Shown: one piece after another, positions 25,981-38,012 of the stretch
Layout: every line of letters begins with the position of its first letter
How positions within the stretch are numbered: the first letter of the stretch is position 1
Origin: the human T2T-CHM13v2.0 reference genome, Homo sapiens
NCBI RefSeq assembly: GCF_009914755.1
Contig: NC_060929.1
Strand: one strand, 5' to 3'
Length of the DNA: 64,000 nt
Notes under the pieces: generated by a model
Database searches by the model: none
Told to the model about the DNA's origin: nothing
What the model saw: only the letters and a program-made list of their open reading frames with translations
Translations under genes and position numbers: made by a program

Positions 25981-26582
25981 TATTCTAGTTTGAGCGAGTT
26001 GGAGAATCTGGCCTGCAAAGAGCAGACAATATTTTTCTAAATAAGGAAGTGATACATTCACTGGAATGTTGGCTTTTTAAAAATGAAAATGAGGTTTCAA
26101 AGGGAATATGTGCCTTCTCCAGAAAATGATTAACTATCCAGTCTGTGATACAACACAATTAATTAAATCAAAGTTTGCCTGGAGTGTATGGAAACTGAGA
26201 CTCAAAAGTGCATTGAGGTATTGAGGCAAGATAGATGTTAAGAACCAAGGAGCAGCAGGGGAGCAGAAGAAGCTGCTCTTTTCTGACCAAGGGAATTTGT
26301 TAGAGCTGTGGCAGCCAAGGGATGCCTTGAAAGTCAAATGCAAAGAGGGTATGCATGGCTATCATGCTCTCCCATGACCCAGGAGATAAATTTCCCTTTT
26401 TAGCAGCCAGATACTGATATGCTTTCAATAGACTCGTGAAGTAGAGTCATGGTCAAATGGCTCAAACCCTGTGACATAATAAGGTGGCTGCTCAGCATGG
26501 AAAAGAGAATTCCGCACCCCCCCCACACTTTTTTTTTTTTTCAAATAAATGAAGAGAGATCTTTATTAAAACAACTAATTTC

Positions 26583-26920
26583 TTTTTCTTTTTTTTTTTT
26601 TTAGGTACCTCCTAATTTCTAAACTTTATTTCCTAGTTCTTTACAAATCATTCTGCAGTAGGGTTCAGATCATAACTGTGCTTACATGCCTTGTATTTCT
26701 TTTCTTATATTTTACTTTAAGTTCTGGGATACATCTGAAGAATGTGCAGGTTTGTTATGTGCAGGTATACATGTGCCATGGTGGTTTGCTGCACCTACCA
26801 ACCTGTCATCTAGGTTTTAAGCCCCACATGCATTAGGTATTTGTCCTAATGTTCTCCCTCCCCTTGCCTCTCACCCCCTGACAAGCCCTGGTGTGTGATG
26901 TTGCCCTCTCTGTGCCCATG
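26583..26920 (-). mobile_element. Short L1PA7/8-like 3' fragment (~26695-26920) plus ~90 bp of transduced sequence and poly(A)
   Basis: Exact 17-bp TSD TTAAAACAACTAATTTC at 26566-26582 and 26921-26937; 'tctaggttttaagccccacatgcattaggtatttgtcc' diagnostic. Confidence 0.92.
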
Positions 26921-28258
26921 TTAAAACAACTAATTTCAATAAGCCTCAAAACTTTAGCCAATAAAAAATAACAATACAATGTAAAATCTTTCATGTACGT
27001 AGTATCTCTGTTTAAGTAACCCTTAACTATTCTTAAGAACTAGTCCCAGGAATACTTGTTCTCAGACCCAGAGTGGGCTTTTCTCACTCTAATTTCCTCT
27101 TTTTATTAGGTCTCAAAGACTCTGGCAGCTTCCTTTTTCTTTGTCCTTTGACCTTCTTATCCCATGTTTGAAAATAATTGTTTTCTGACTCTTGATAGAA
27201 GTCCTCTTCCTACTCACAGCCTCCTCTTTTATTAGTACCACTTCCAAAGCAATCCACCATCATGAAGACACAGGCAGATGTTCTTTCTTTCTGATTACTA
27301 AATTCAGATGTAATTCGCTTATAATAAAGTCTTCCCTTATCCTGCCTTTTCCCAAATTAAATTGGTCAATTTACTCTCTATAGAATGAGTTTCATTATTT
27401 TCTGTGTCTCATTTCTTTTGTAGAGATTGCTTTTCTGTAAAATGAGGATCTTAAAAAACTTTATGCATTTATAAAACAAAACTAGAACAAGGTTTTCACT
27501 GGTTTCAACATCATATACCTTCCGAAGTTGTTCAGAATGAAGCTTTCTTAAGCCTGTACAATGGGGAAAGACATTTTGAAAGGACTTTCCAAATGGAGTA
27601 GCACTGAGAAACTGAAGTGTCCACTTCTATACATGTCTGGTGCCAAGTAGATCAAAGGGCAAATATCTCCCATGAATGGAACACCTGGTTGAGAATATTA
27701 TATCACTTGTGGTGCATCCTGGGAACTTGAGAGAAACATTTCCTCCTTCTCATGGAGGTAGTGAGATTCTGCCTTTTAAGAGAAGATGCCTAAGAGACAG
27801 CAGAATTTATTTGCACTTCTTGCTGAGATGTAGAACTGCTGTCTGGGGACAGTTTGAAGAGAGTCTTAGGGATGTCAAGGGTAGCTTAGTAGTTGGGCTC
27901 TACGAAGTGAAATTTCAAGCCTACTTTAGCACATAAATTTGTGGTTCATAGCTTTAAAATAATATTCTTGTTTTTTTCTTTCTTAGTTCAATGGATTGAA
28001 GAAAATGTTCACGGAAGGAAGATGATTAATTGATCCAGAGGGCCTGTAGCAACTCTGTTTAACATGCTAGATGAGCCAGTCTTATTCAGTGATGACTAAG
28101 GATCTAGAGAAAACTGGTGTCAGGTTGGTCTTCTTCTTCCCACCTATTTTCAGTTGGCCTGCAGTTCCTAGGATGTGTATCCTGTATGCTGGTCACCGGA
28201 AGATAGGCAAATTTTTGCTTTGTTGCTGGTTCTGGGACAACAGCCATGGTAAGACCAC

Positions 28259-28795
28259 TTATATCAGTTACCTATTACTACCTAATAAGATCTTCCACAA
28301 CTTAGCGGCTTAAAACAAGAACTATTCTTTCTTTCAATTCTGTGAGGGGGCTGGGCTCTGCTGATTCATTTTTCTCTTCCATATGCTATCAGCTGGAATC
28401 CTTACATGGCTGCACTCTTCTGGGGTTTGGTAATGAGGCGAGAAGGCTTTACTCACATTATTTGGTGGTTGGTTCTGGCTGTTGGGTGACATTTCTCCCC
28501 ACACGTCATGTGTCTGGTTGACTAGCAGAACTTCTTTACATAGTGGCTCAGGACTTCAAACAAGAATGAAAAGAGAAACTGCCTGGTCTCTTAAAGCCTG
28601 GGTCCTGAACCAAAGTGGTGTGAATCATTTTTTTCATATTCTATTGGGCAAAACAAATCACACGGCCAACCCACGTGCCAGGGGAGTGGAAGAGAAATAG
28701 TCTTGAACTGTGATGGGCATGTGCCTATAAAAATGGGAATATCTCTTGTTGGCTGTCCTTGCAAATCACACACCACACCACCCGTAGTACGCAAA
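28259..28795 (-). mobile_element. MLT1H/I/J-like LTR
   Basis: 'atcagttacctattac...cacaacttagcggcttaaaacaa', 'attctattgggcaaaacaaatcacacggccaacc'. Confidence 0.7.
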
Positions 28796-29109
28796 TGACA
28801 TCAGAGCTGGTAAGCAATCACAGCACCTCAGATACCAAGGCACAGAGCCAGAGGCACAGGTATACTCACATTCTTCTGAATTCCATAAGCACAAATATTA
28901 TCTTTTTGCCTCACAAAGATTGCCAGCTCAAGTTTGTAGGTGATTTGATAATCACATATGCAGAGATCTTTTTGACTCATTCTACAGAGTAAGATGTCAT
29001 AGAGAAAAAGATAGCAGAGGAAATGCACAAATAATAATTTAATGACTCCAGGATTTCTTCAGCTCAAAGTAGCAACCAAAACTTTGGCCACTGATTTCAT
29101 GGTTAAAGA

Positions 29110-29345
29110 AATTTGGTCATAGTGGGAAATAGAGGGCTTTGGAAAGTCATACCTGAAGTTTAATCCTGACTCCATGACTGGGAGCTTTGTGATCTTGGCA
29201 AATAACCTAATTCTCTTAGTGTAATTTTTCTCTTATATAATAGGGGAATGTCATCACTTCCCTCACAGAGTTGCTAAGGATACAAAGTACCTTGCACACT
29301 GCTTCTCACATAGCAAATGCTTAGTAAATATGAACTATTATTATC
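29110..29345 (+). mobile_element. MIR
   Basis: 'tgtgatcttggcaaataacctaattctctt...cacatagcaaatgcttagtaaat'. Confidence 0.75.
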
Positions 29346-30599
29346 CTTGGATCATCTTACTAATTTGGCTATCAAAATATGGCCCTTTAGGGTTGTCTAA
29401 GGAGCAGGCAGCCTCCCTATACTCACCCACTTTCAGTTTATGGAAGAAATTTTGGAAGAGTATAAGTCTTCCAAGTCCATGGGTACCCAGGTGAATCCTG
29501 TTCCTGGCTTGTTGCTAAGTGAAGAAAGTCTGAGTCATTTCCCTTCTTTTTTTTTCCTTCCTTTCTATCACCAAATTTACTATTTCCCAAGTTGAAACTT
29601 TAAGACTTTAGCAACTATATCCATGGAGGCATGGTTACACATAGAGTATATCCAGTGAAGTTTTCTTTGTCTCTATTCTACTCTTTTTGGGGAGATAAGC
29701 ATTAACTAGTAAGATATAAAAAGTAGAGCCATAAACTATTCTGTTAGAAAGGGAAGCTATGCAATTTTTAACACTAAACATACTGAATTTCCTGGGACAT
29801 GACTGAATTGAATTGTTTTTCTCTAATATAAGACCATTTTTTGGACCATGTATCAGTTTGTCCAGGTTTTGGGATGTGGAAATATGGACACCATAGACAT
29901 TGGGATTAGGAAGTGAATTTTCTTACCATGCATTTCTTGTTATGCCTAGGAAATATTTTTTCCTCCTGCCTCAAAGGCAGATGAGAGCTCTACCTTCTCT
30001 TTGTCAATTTTTTTTTTTTTGCTACTAACCACTACTTGATTACCTTTACTTACTGAATCAGCCTCTTGTGTCTCTCAGCTCCAACATCATAAACCATCAT
30101 GTTATTTTGATATTAAATAGATCTTCCTTTTTAAAGCGGGGGAAGAGATTAAGATGTTAAGTGAAAAGGAGAACCAACCATACTCCCTTCTTAGGATTAG
30201 ACCAAAATTCTTCTTATGTCATGTTATCTAATTCCAATATCCAGCAAGCAGCTGGGGAAAATTTATTTGGATATTGTGCATTTTTCCTTTTTTTGGAAGA
30301 ATAGATTTTGTTCCTCTATTTGATAAAAGACAGAAACTGTACATCTTGAAAATAAAGGCATTGGCATTTTAAAGTGATCAGGAGTTCTTGCAGAATTCCA
30401 AACATGCATCTTCTGGAAAAAGAAACCCTGTAAAGATAGAGATAAAACGTAGGTTTTTCATTTGCCCCATACTGTATGCATATGAATGTTTTACTTTTCT
30501 GTTTGATCTTTAACTGGTTGGGGAGAGGACCTGTTGTTTTTCTTCCCTATTCCCCAAATCACTTCTCTGCTTTCTCAGTCTCTCATCAGTGTTCATGAC

Positions 30600-30987
30600 A
30601 CCTCAGACCTGGGCAATTGGATTCTTGCCCAGGGTCCTGCACTTCAGAGGGGTCCATTCTATTCTTCCTCTAGCTTTGCCATTCGTCAAGCGGGGAGGAG
30701 TCTGAATGGCAAAAGGGATGCCCCCATCCAGGGTCTGCATCTCTCCCAGCTCCACTTTCAGCATGTGAGACCCCAGGAAGCCCTGAGCTTTCAACCCTAG
30801 GCCACAGGGTTGGCTGAGGGGCAGCTATTTGAGAGGATGGGTATATTCATACCTGACTATACCCACAAGTATCCACATGACACCCCTCATATGTAGGACA
30901 GTGAGGGAGGGTAGGAAAAACAGAGCATTTGAAAGTGTCTATTTATATTTATATCCTAGGACCCATAAATGTTAGAGGCCTGCCCTG
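30600..30987. mobile_element. hAT-Tip100 (MER45-like) fragment
   Basis: 'gcccagggtcctgcacttcagagggg' and terminal 'gaggcctgccctg'. Confidence 0.4.
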
Positions 30988-32029
30988 TTTGACAGCTAGT
31001 CATAATCCTTTTTTACAGCTGCAGAAATGGAGAAAACTGGGGGACTAGTCTCCAGTTATAGAGAGGCATGGGCCAGAGACACGACTAGAACTCTGGTTAT
31101 TGCCATGGCCGGCTGCTCCCCTCACTGGAAAATATTTACCAGCTGTAGAGGGCTAAGCTTTTCCTCAGAAGCTTTGCTTCTCTGGAAAAATAAAGAGAAA
31201 AATTCTTGCCCCTTACTCTGGAAAAAGGTGCTGTAAAAACTAAAGATATTATAGTGTAATCCTCAGAACACTAATCCTAGAGGTCAGAGAGCAGAAACCT
31301 GAATCACAGGTTCTGCTGGCTTGCTCAAATGCCATGTTTAGCATCCAAATTCTCTATAATTGATAGGTCAGTAGTAGCTTAAAGATTATAAGCTTTTGTA
31401 AATGGGTGACTAGCTCCTGAAGAAAGCCACAAATTTCACCTGATAATACCCAAGTAAAATAGTTACTGTGAGTTTTAGAAATGTTGCCAGAAATAAATTG
31501 AAGAGTTTTATGTCTTGAAATTTGGTGCTGTTAATTTCTTTTCAGCTGTCACTGCTAAATCCCCTGTTAACTGAAACACCTTCCAAAGTTCTCTTTAGGT
31601 TAACTCGGTATTCTAGGCAATCTATAACTGGCATCTTCTTGCTCCTGAATCACATTTCAGAGCAGACTTCACACAAAAAAGATGATGATGTTAGGTGATC
31701 TTCAGTTAATAGTCCCTTTAAATTTACTATCTTCTTGGTATCTCAGTTTGCTGGTTTCTTGAAGATTTTCTATTTAAAGAATGAGCAAATAATCTAGAAT
31801 AGCGAAGACATATGCTCTGTGAAATATAGTCTTTGCTTCATCTAAATAGAAATAGCCATGCATTCTGTTCTATGTCTCACTCCCTTGACAAAGTTGGACT
31901 AATAAAAATTCAGTTCCAGAGACTATGTATATATCCTGTGCATGTATAGGCAATTAAGCAAATATTTGCCCCAGAAATTATTTATTATTGGAAATCTATA
32001 TTTACTTAAATGAGCAGATCATAGATACT

Positions 32030-32230
32030 AGATTCAATAATATCAATTCCACTGGCTTTGTGATCTTATATCACTCGACCTTAGCTGCCTTCAGTTTCTT
32101 CATATATAAAATAGTGACTGATAGTCCCTGTCCTATAGTTTTTAAAAAATATCAGATGAGATTCTGTATGTAAAATGCTTATTATAATACCAGGTACAAA
32201 GTAAGCCCTCAGTAATTCATAGTTATTTGC
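32030..32230 (+). mobile_element. MIR
   Basis: 'ccttcagtttcttcatatataaaatag...tgtatgtaaaatgctt...ggtacaaagtaagccctcagtaa'. Confidence 0.7.
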
Positions 32231-32479
32231 TTCAGTAAACAAATCTTTGACACAGAGTGCACTGCTGAAAAATAAGAAGGCTTCTTGGTGACCGCAAGGT
32301 TAGGGACTACTGGATTCAATAACATCACATATGTCCTTTGATTCATATGTACATATTTAGGTGCTTAAAGTGGAAAAATTCATAAATCATTATAATTCTC
32401 ACTGATTCTTTCTGCCTATTTCCAGATGACTTCTTGGCAGTCATTTGCAGACTAAGGTAGCTTTGAAGGTGAAGATTCT

Positions 32480-32838
32480 TTGTGTTCATTCTCATCCTGA
32501 TGTAAAAATACTACCTGAGACTGGATAATTTATAAACAAAAGAGGTTTAATTGATTCACAGTTCCTCATGCCTGGGGAGGCCTCAGGAAACTTACAATCA
32601 CAGCGGAAGGCAAAAGGGAAGAAGGCACCTTCTTCACAAGGTGGCAGGAGAGACAGTGAGGAAGTGCCATACTTTAAAACCATCAGCTCTCATGAGACTT
32701 CACTCATGATCACGAGAACAGCATGGGGAACCTTCTCCCATGATTCAATCACCTCCCACCAGCTCCCTCCTCGACATGTGGGGATTACAATTTGAGATGA
32801 GATTTGGGTGGGTACACAGAGACAAACCATATCTATCA
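32480..32838 (-). mobile_element. THE1D/MSTA-type solo LTR
   Basis: 'ggggaggcctcaggaaacttacaatc', 'gagatgagatttgggtgg'; TSD ATTCT at 32475-32479 and 32839-32843. Confidence 0.9.
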
Positions 32839-32997
32839 ATTCTGAATGTTTAATACCAGTATTATTAGAGGAGGATCTAGTCCCCTTCAGGACATAAGGA
32901 TCTATGATCCTCTGTCAGAACATATTAGACCCTTTCCTTTGGCTATAACCAAAAGATTATAAACATACATCCAGGAATAAAAATAGTATATTAAAAT

Positions 32998-33016
32998 TGT
33001 GTGTGTGTGTGTGTGT
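32998..33016. repeat. (TG)n microsatellite
   Basis: Pure TG run. Confidence 0.9.
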
Positions 33017-33024
33017 ACGAATGT

Positions 33025-34185
33025 AAATTTTTTGTGCCAAATCTAAAGACTCTTTACCTAGTCCTAATGTGTCTTGAAGATCTTCTGCAGTTTTTTTTCT
33101 AGAAATTTTATAGTTTTATGTTTTACATTTAAGTCTGTGATTCATTTTTAGTTAATTTTTTTTGTATAAGATGTGAAGCTTAGGTTAAGGTTCATGTTTT
33201 TGCCTATGGTTGTTCAATTGCTCTAATAGCATTTATTGAAAAGGTTAATGATTTATTTGTACTTCTGCCAAAATTAATTGATCATACTCATGTGGTCATA
33301 CTTCCGCTTTCTCTGTTTTATACCACTTAGCTTTGTCTATCTTGCTATCAATACCACACTGTCTTGATTACTGTAGCTATATATTACTGTAGCTATATAG
33401 TAAACTTTAATAAAAGGAAGATGAACTTTCTTCTTCTTTTTTCAAAATCGTTTTGGCTGTTTAAGGTCTTTTTCTTTTGGTATACATTTTAGAGTAAAAG
33501 TACATACTTCTGTGAAATACCTTACTAAGCTTCTGATAGGAAATACGATAACACTGTAGAACAGTTTAGGGAGGACTGGTATCTTTACTAAATCTTCTAA
33601 CCCATAAACATGATATTTAGGTCTTCTTGTCTTTCACCAACATTTTGTAATTTTCAACATGTAGATTCTATACAATTTTGTTGAGATTATGTCATCTGTG
33701 AATAAAGACTGTTTTATTTCTTTTCCAATTTGTATGCCTTTTATTTTTTTGTGTGCTTGTTATAATGACTAGAACTTCCAGTAATACGTTGAATAATAGT
33801 GCTGAAAACAGATTTCCTTGCCTTGTTCCTGATCTTAGAGTGAAAGCATTTAGCCTTTCACCATTATGTATTACATAGATATTGTTTCTTTTTTTTGTGT
33901 ATGTAATTTCTTATTATGAGATTAAGGAAGTTCCCTTCTATTCCTAGTGTATTGAAAGTTTTTATAATGAATGGGTGTTGAATTTTGTCAAATGCTTTTT
34001 CTGTCAATTGGTATAATCATATGACTTTTTTGTTTAGTTTGTTAATATTATGGATGATAATGATAGATTTTTGAATATCAAACTGTCCTTATATACCTAG
34101 AATAAATTCCACTTGGTCATGGTATACTAATATTTTTATACACTGATGGATTCAATTTGCTAACATTTTATTGAGGATTTCTGCC
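33025..34185 (-). mobile_element. Old L1M ORF2 fragment with internal deletions
   Basis: 'ataccacactgtcttgattactgtagct', 'ccttgccttgttcctgatcttagag', 'gaattttgtcaaatgctttttctg'. Confidence 0.85.
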
Positions 34186-37048
34186 CTGCTTTTAAGTCAC
34201 TTTTGTTTACCTCTTTTTCTGTGTAGCTTAAAGTTTGGCAAATGCCTGAAAGAGGAATTCTTCATGCAGAGCTCAGGTTAGATTAGTTATCTGCTTGTAA
34301 CTATCATCACTTTATCTGAAGAATCACACAAGTAAGTAACTGTGACAGTTTCCCAAAGGTATGCAAAATGAAAATGATGTAATTGGAAAGATAAAGTGTT
34401 ACTTATAGAAAGGTCAACCTATAGATTTTCCTATTCATTTATAGGCAGGGTTTTAAGATTCAAATTTGAATACATGTTACATGTGAGACCATGATATGAC
34501 TATGAATGATAACCCATAAAGCTTGGGTGTACATGAATTTATTATAAGGGTGATTTGATGCAAAGAGCCATTCTAAGAGCACCAAGTGTGAATCTTTTAA
34601 AATAATTTTTCTTTATCGTGCAGCAGATGGAACTTTCCATGGCCATTGGAATAAGGATATGTCCCACATGTGTTTCTTTGCACAAATAAAGTCCTGTAAA
34701 TACAAGGCCCGATTGAAACTTTAGAGACAGATTCATTATTTCTTTGGAGTATCTTGAGAGGAGAGTGCTACAGGAGGCTCTTGATCGGAGCCATGTCACA
34801 AGAGTAAGGAGCTGATGGAGTCTTTGCAGGCACTTTAAAGTGAAGGAGACACGGCCTAGGAATAAAAGGCCACATTTTTATGATCTTCACTTTACTGGGC
34901 TGGCTTTGCCCTCATTGCTTGCAATTCTAGGTCACAGGATTTAATGAGCCTCTATATATGAATAGGAATCCATTTATGCAAACAAAACATCTCTTTGGGG
35001 GCTGGATGATTTACTAGGCAATTATCTAAATTAGCTCAAGAAAATATAGGTTTTTGGGTGAATTGCTGGTCATTAAAATAATTCTATTACTGATTTAGAA
35101 TTCATGGGAACATTTTGTGTTTAGGAGATCTGATAAAAAAGAAACCATGTTTTTGCTTTTGATGCAGCTGGACCTGTAACCACACAAAGATGTAGACTTT
35201 TCAATGATAGATATTTCATTGATTTGAGTAATATCGTCCTCTTAAAAACACTGCATCATTCCTAAGTAGAACAGGAAAAAATAGGTTTGGCTATACTCCA
35301 TTTTTCAGGATAATTTTCATCAAAGAAGATTGATTTCAGATGAATTTGAAAGCTCTTTTCAAAGTGCTCTCAGCATATTCTCTTTAATGTTCATGGAAAC
35401 AATATTTGGACTATGTCTGACACTTTTGTACACTATTCACAATGCTTCTACCATTAAAAAAATGTGCTCCAGGCTTATGTTCTTGAGATTCAATATGTGT
35501 ATTACATTTTTAGTAGCAAGAGCAGATTTTCTTTCGTATTTAATGACTATCAAAAGAAGACAATCCAGAGACAAAACAACAACAAAAAACAACAATCGAT
35601 TAACTTAGGTTTTCCCATGGTGAGTCAATGCTTTAATTTCTATTTATGTTCCTCTACCTACCAACTTCTTCTCTAGATTCCAAATGATAAAGTAAAAGCT
35701 TTTGATTTACTGGTGATGAAAATTAAGATCACTCAGGAGGGCCTCATTTTCATAGGAGCACTTGAGTTTTCTGTAGATTTAGGTCTCTTCATAAATTTTT
35801 AGTGACGTTATTCCTGCTACCTTACAATGAAGTGAGCATTCTTACCAATAAGACTTTTTACTTGTTTCTAGGTTGAGTAGTCCATTGGAGACTTGCATTT
35901 ATAAAGAGACTTCCACAAAGAGACTCTTATCAAAGCATTCATCTTCCTTTTCTAAGGAGCCAAAGATGAGTGCTTCTATTCATTTTTAAAGGTCTTGAGG
36001 TGTTTGATAACAGATGTTCTGTCTTCAACTGCAAGTACAGTTTTCTGTGGAATACTGATTGATACTTTTATTCCAATACCAAGGGCTGTCACCACGCATA
36101 TTTATTTGCAGCTATTGCTATTTGCACTTATTATTTTAAGTACAAAGGAACACAAAAGAACCTTGCAGTCTCATGTACTATATTCAGAATGATACGGGTA
36201 CCTTGCATAAATATGCTCCCATCCATCCATACAATAGAAATTAGGTGATGCTAATCATCCACCCTTCTCCTTTTCTGGTTTCCCTTCAAATGAGAGATAT
36301 AAACAGAAATGTAATTACAGATTTAAAAATAGAATTAGATTTATTTATGAACTAGGCAAGTTTCCTCAAAGTGAGAAGTTTTCTGGTAAAGCTGAATTGT
36401 AGAATAAAGTGATTTATTTTCTTACCTCTAAGACAGAGTTCAGTTTTCATACCCAACAGTTATCTTGATAGCTGAGAGGACAAGTGAGGCCTGTTTAAAA
36501 AAATCTAATTATTTTTAGAACCAGAAGCAACCCACCTTTTTAAAAAAGTGCTGTGATCCTGTGTGTAGGTTAATTTGGCTATGACTAGCCAAGACTATGG
36601 CTCAGACTATGTTAGACTTTCTTTGGTCTCACCAGTTAGGCAATCCCAGAGGAGTGAGGAAAAGATGGAGGACCAGAAACATTAATCCTACTTCGCTTCT
36701 CTTCACCTATGGATGAAAAGAAGATCACTTCCCTTCAGTGAAATCAGGAGGAGTATAGTGGCCATAAAATGTGCCCCTTGGGTTTCCCACTGCAGTTTTT
36801 ATGTACATGAAAAAGTACCCCATTGGCTCTGCTTTAAAATTTATCACTACATTTATGCCTACTTTCCAAAGGCTGTTTTAGCCAATGACTGAAAGTTCCA
36901 GGGATACAAAAGCAGGCCCATTTTGGGAGACAGAGAACTCCTCTGACAGGTGACTTTGGCTCAAGGGAGACTCCATGCTAGCCTTGATAAACTTCCTTAG
37001 AAATACTGTGTGGTCTAAGATCTTCTTCCCTCCTTCCTTCTCTCCCTC

Positions 37049-37406
37049 TGTATTAGTCCGTTTTCACACTGGTATAAAGAACTGCCTGAGACTAGGTAAT
37101 TTATGAAGAAAAAAGGTTTAATTGGCTGACAGTTCAACATGGCTGGGGAGGCCTCAGGAAACTTAGAATTATGATGGAAGGTGAAGGGGAAGCAAGACTC
37201 GTCTTACATGGTGGCAGGAGAGAGAGACATTGAAGAAAGCCACACACTTTTAGCTATCAGTTCTCATGAGAACTCACTCACTATCACAAGAATAGCATGG
37301 GGGAAACCGCCCCTATGATCCAATCACTTCTCACCAAGTCCCTCCCTTGACACTTGGCATGGGGATTACAATTCCAGATGAGATTTGGGTGGGGACATAC
37401 AGCCAA
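37049..37406 (-). mobile_element. THE1D/MSTA-type solo LTR
   Basis: 'tgtattagtccgttttcacactggtataaagaactgcctgagac'; right terminus runs into a microsatellite. Confidence 0.9.
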
Positions 37407-37470
37407 TCCCTCCCTCCCTCCCTCCCTCCCTCCCTCCCTCCCTCCCTCCCTCCCTCCCTCCCTCCCTCCC
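37407..37470. repeat. (TCCC)16 microsatellite
   Basis: 64 bp of perfect TCCC units followed by TTCC units. Confidence 0.95.
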
Positions 37471-37754
37471 TTCCTTCCTTCCCAGGGGTCAGCCCTGCAT
37501 TGCAGTTTGATGTTTTTGGTGTTCTCCCTGCCTTCCCCTTTCTCAGTTTCCCTTTCTGACATTGCCCCAATAAATCTCTTTTATTTTCAATCTGTCTTGT
37601 GCCTGCTTCTCAGAGGATCTGGAAAAATTCATGTAGCAAAGTTATAAGCTATCTACCAACACCAAATATAGATACATATGAAATAATGTGGAGAAGTGCA
37701 ACACTTGATGAGTTTGCCATATGAAAAGCTATTCCTCAAGACAAAACTGGATCT

Positions 37755-38012
37755 TCTAGAGTGGAACTTTTCAAATTAACAATGGCAAAGGACACTTTCT
37801 TTTTAACTTTGCAATTCCTTGTAGACTCATACTTTTGTAAAATACTAGAAAAAAATGCATGACAAAAATGCCATAAAAGACATCAAATAAAGTCACATTT
37901 TTTAGAATAAACAGACATAATGCTTACTATCTGTAGTTATCTCATGGTAGACTGGCAACAGTTCTCAGCCTGGCACTAGTCCACGGACTACACTTTGAGT
38001 TACCCAGTACTA
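37755..38012. mobile_element. hAT-Charlie MITE fragment
   Basis: 3' end 'gcactagtccacggactacactttgagttacccagt'. Confidence 0.5.

Larger units (their letters stand above)
36757..37630 (+). mobile_element. LTR16 (LTR16C-like) ERVL LTR split by THE1/MST
   Basis: 'gccaatgactga...gcaggccca', 'gactttggctcaagg', 3' 'ccccaataaatctctt...cctgcttctcagagga'. Confidence 0.7.

Noticed and set aside
33368-33400. Tandem ATTACTGTAGCTATAT duplication
   Set aside because: Simple slippage duplication within an L1 remnant
27970-34340. Isolated splice-acceptor/donor-like sites (near 27987, 32425, 34226, 34332)
   Set aside because: No consistent reading frame or exon chain; such sites are frequent by chance and need RNA evidence
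37284-37647. ORFs with GGRE / PPSL repeats
   Set aside because: Translations of the (TCCC)n microsatellite and adjacent LTR
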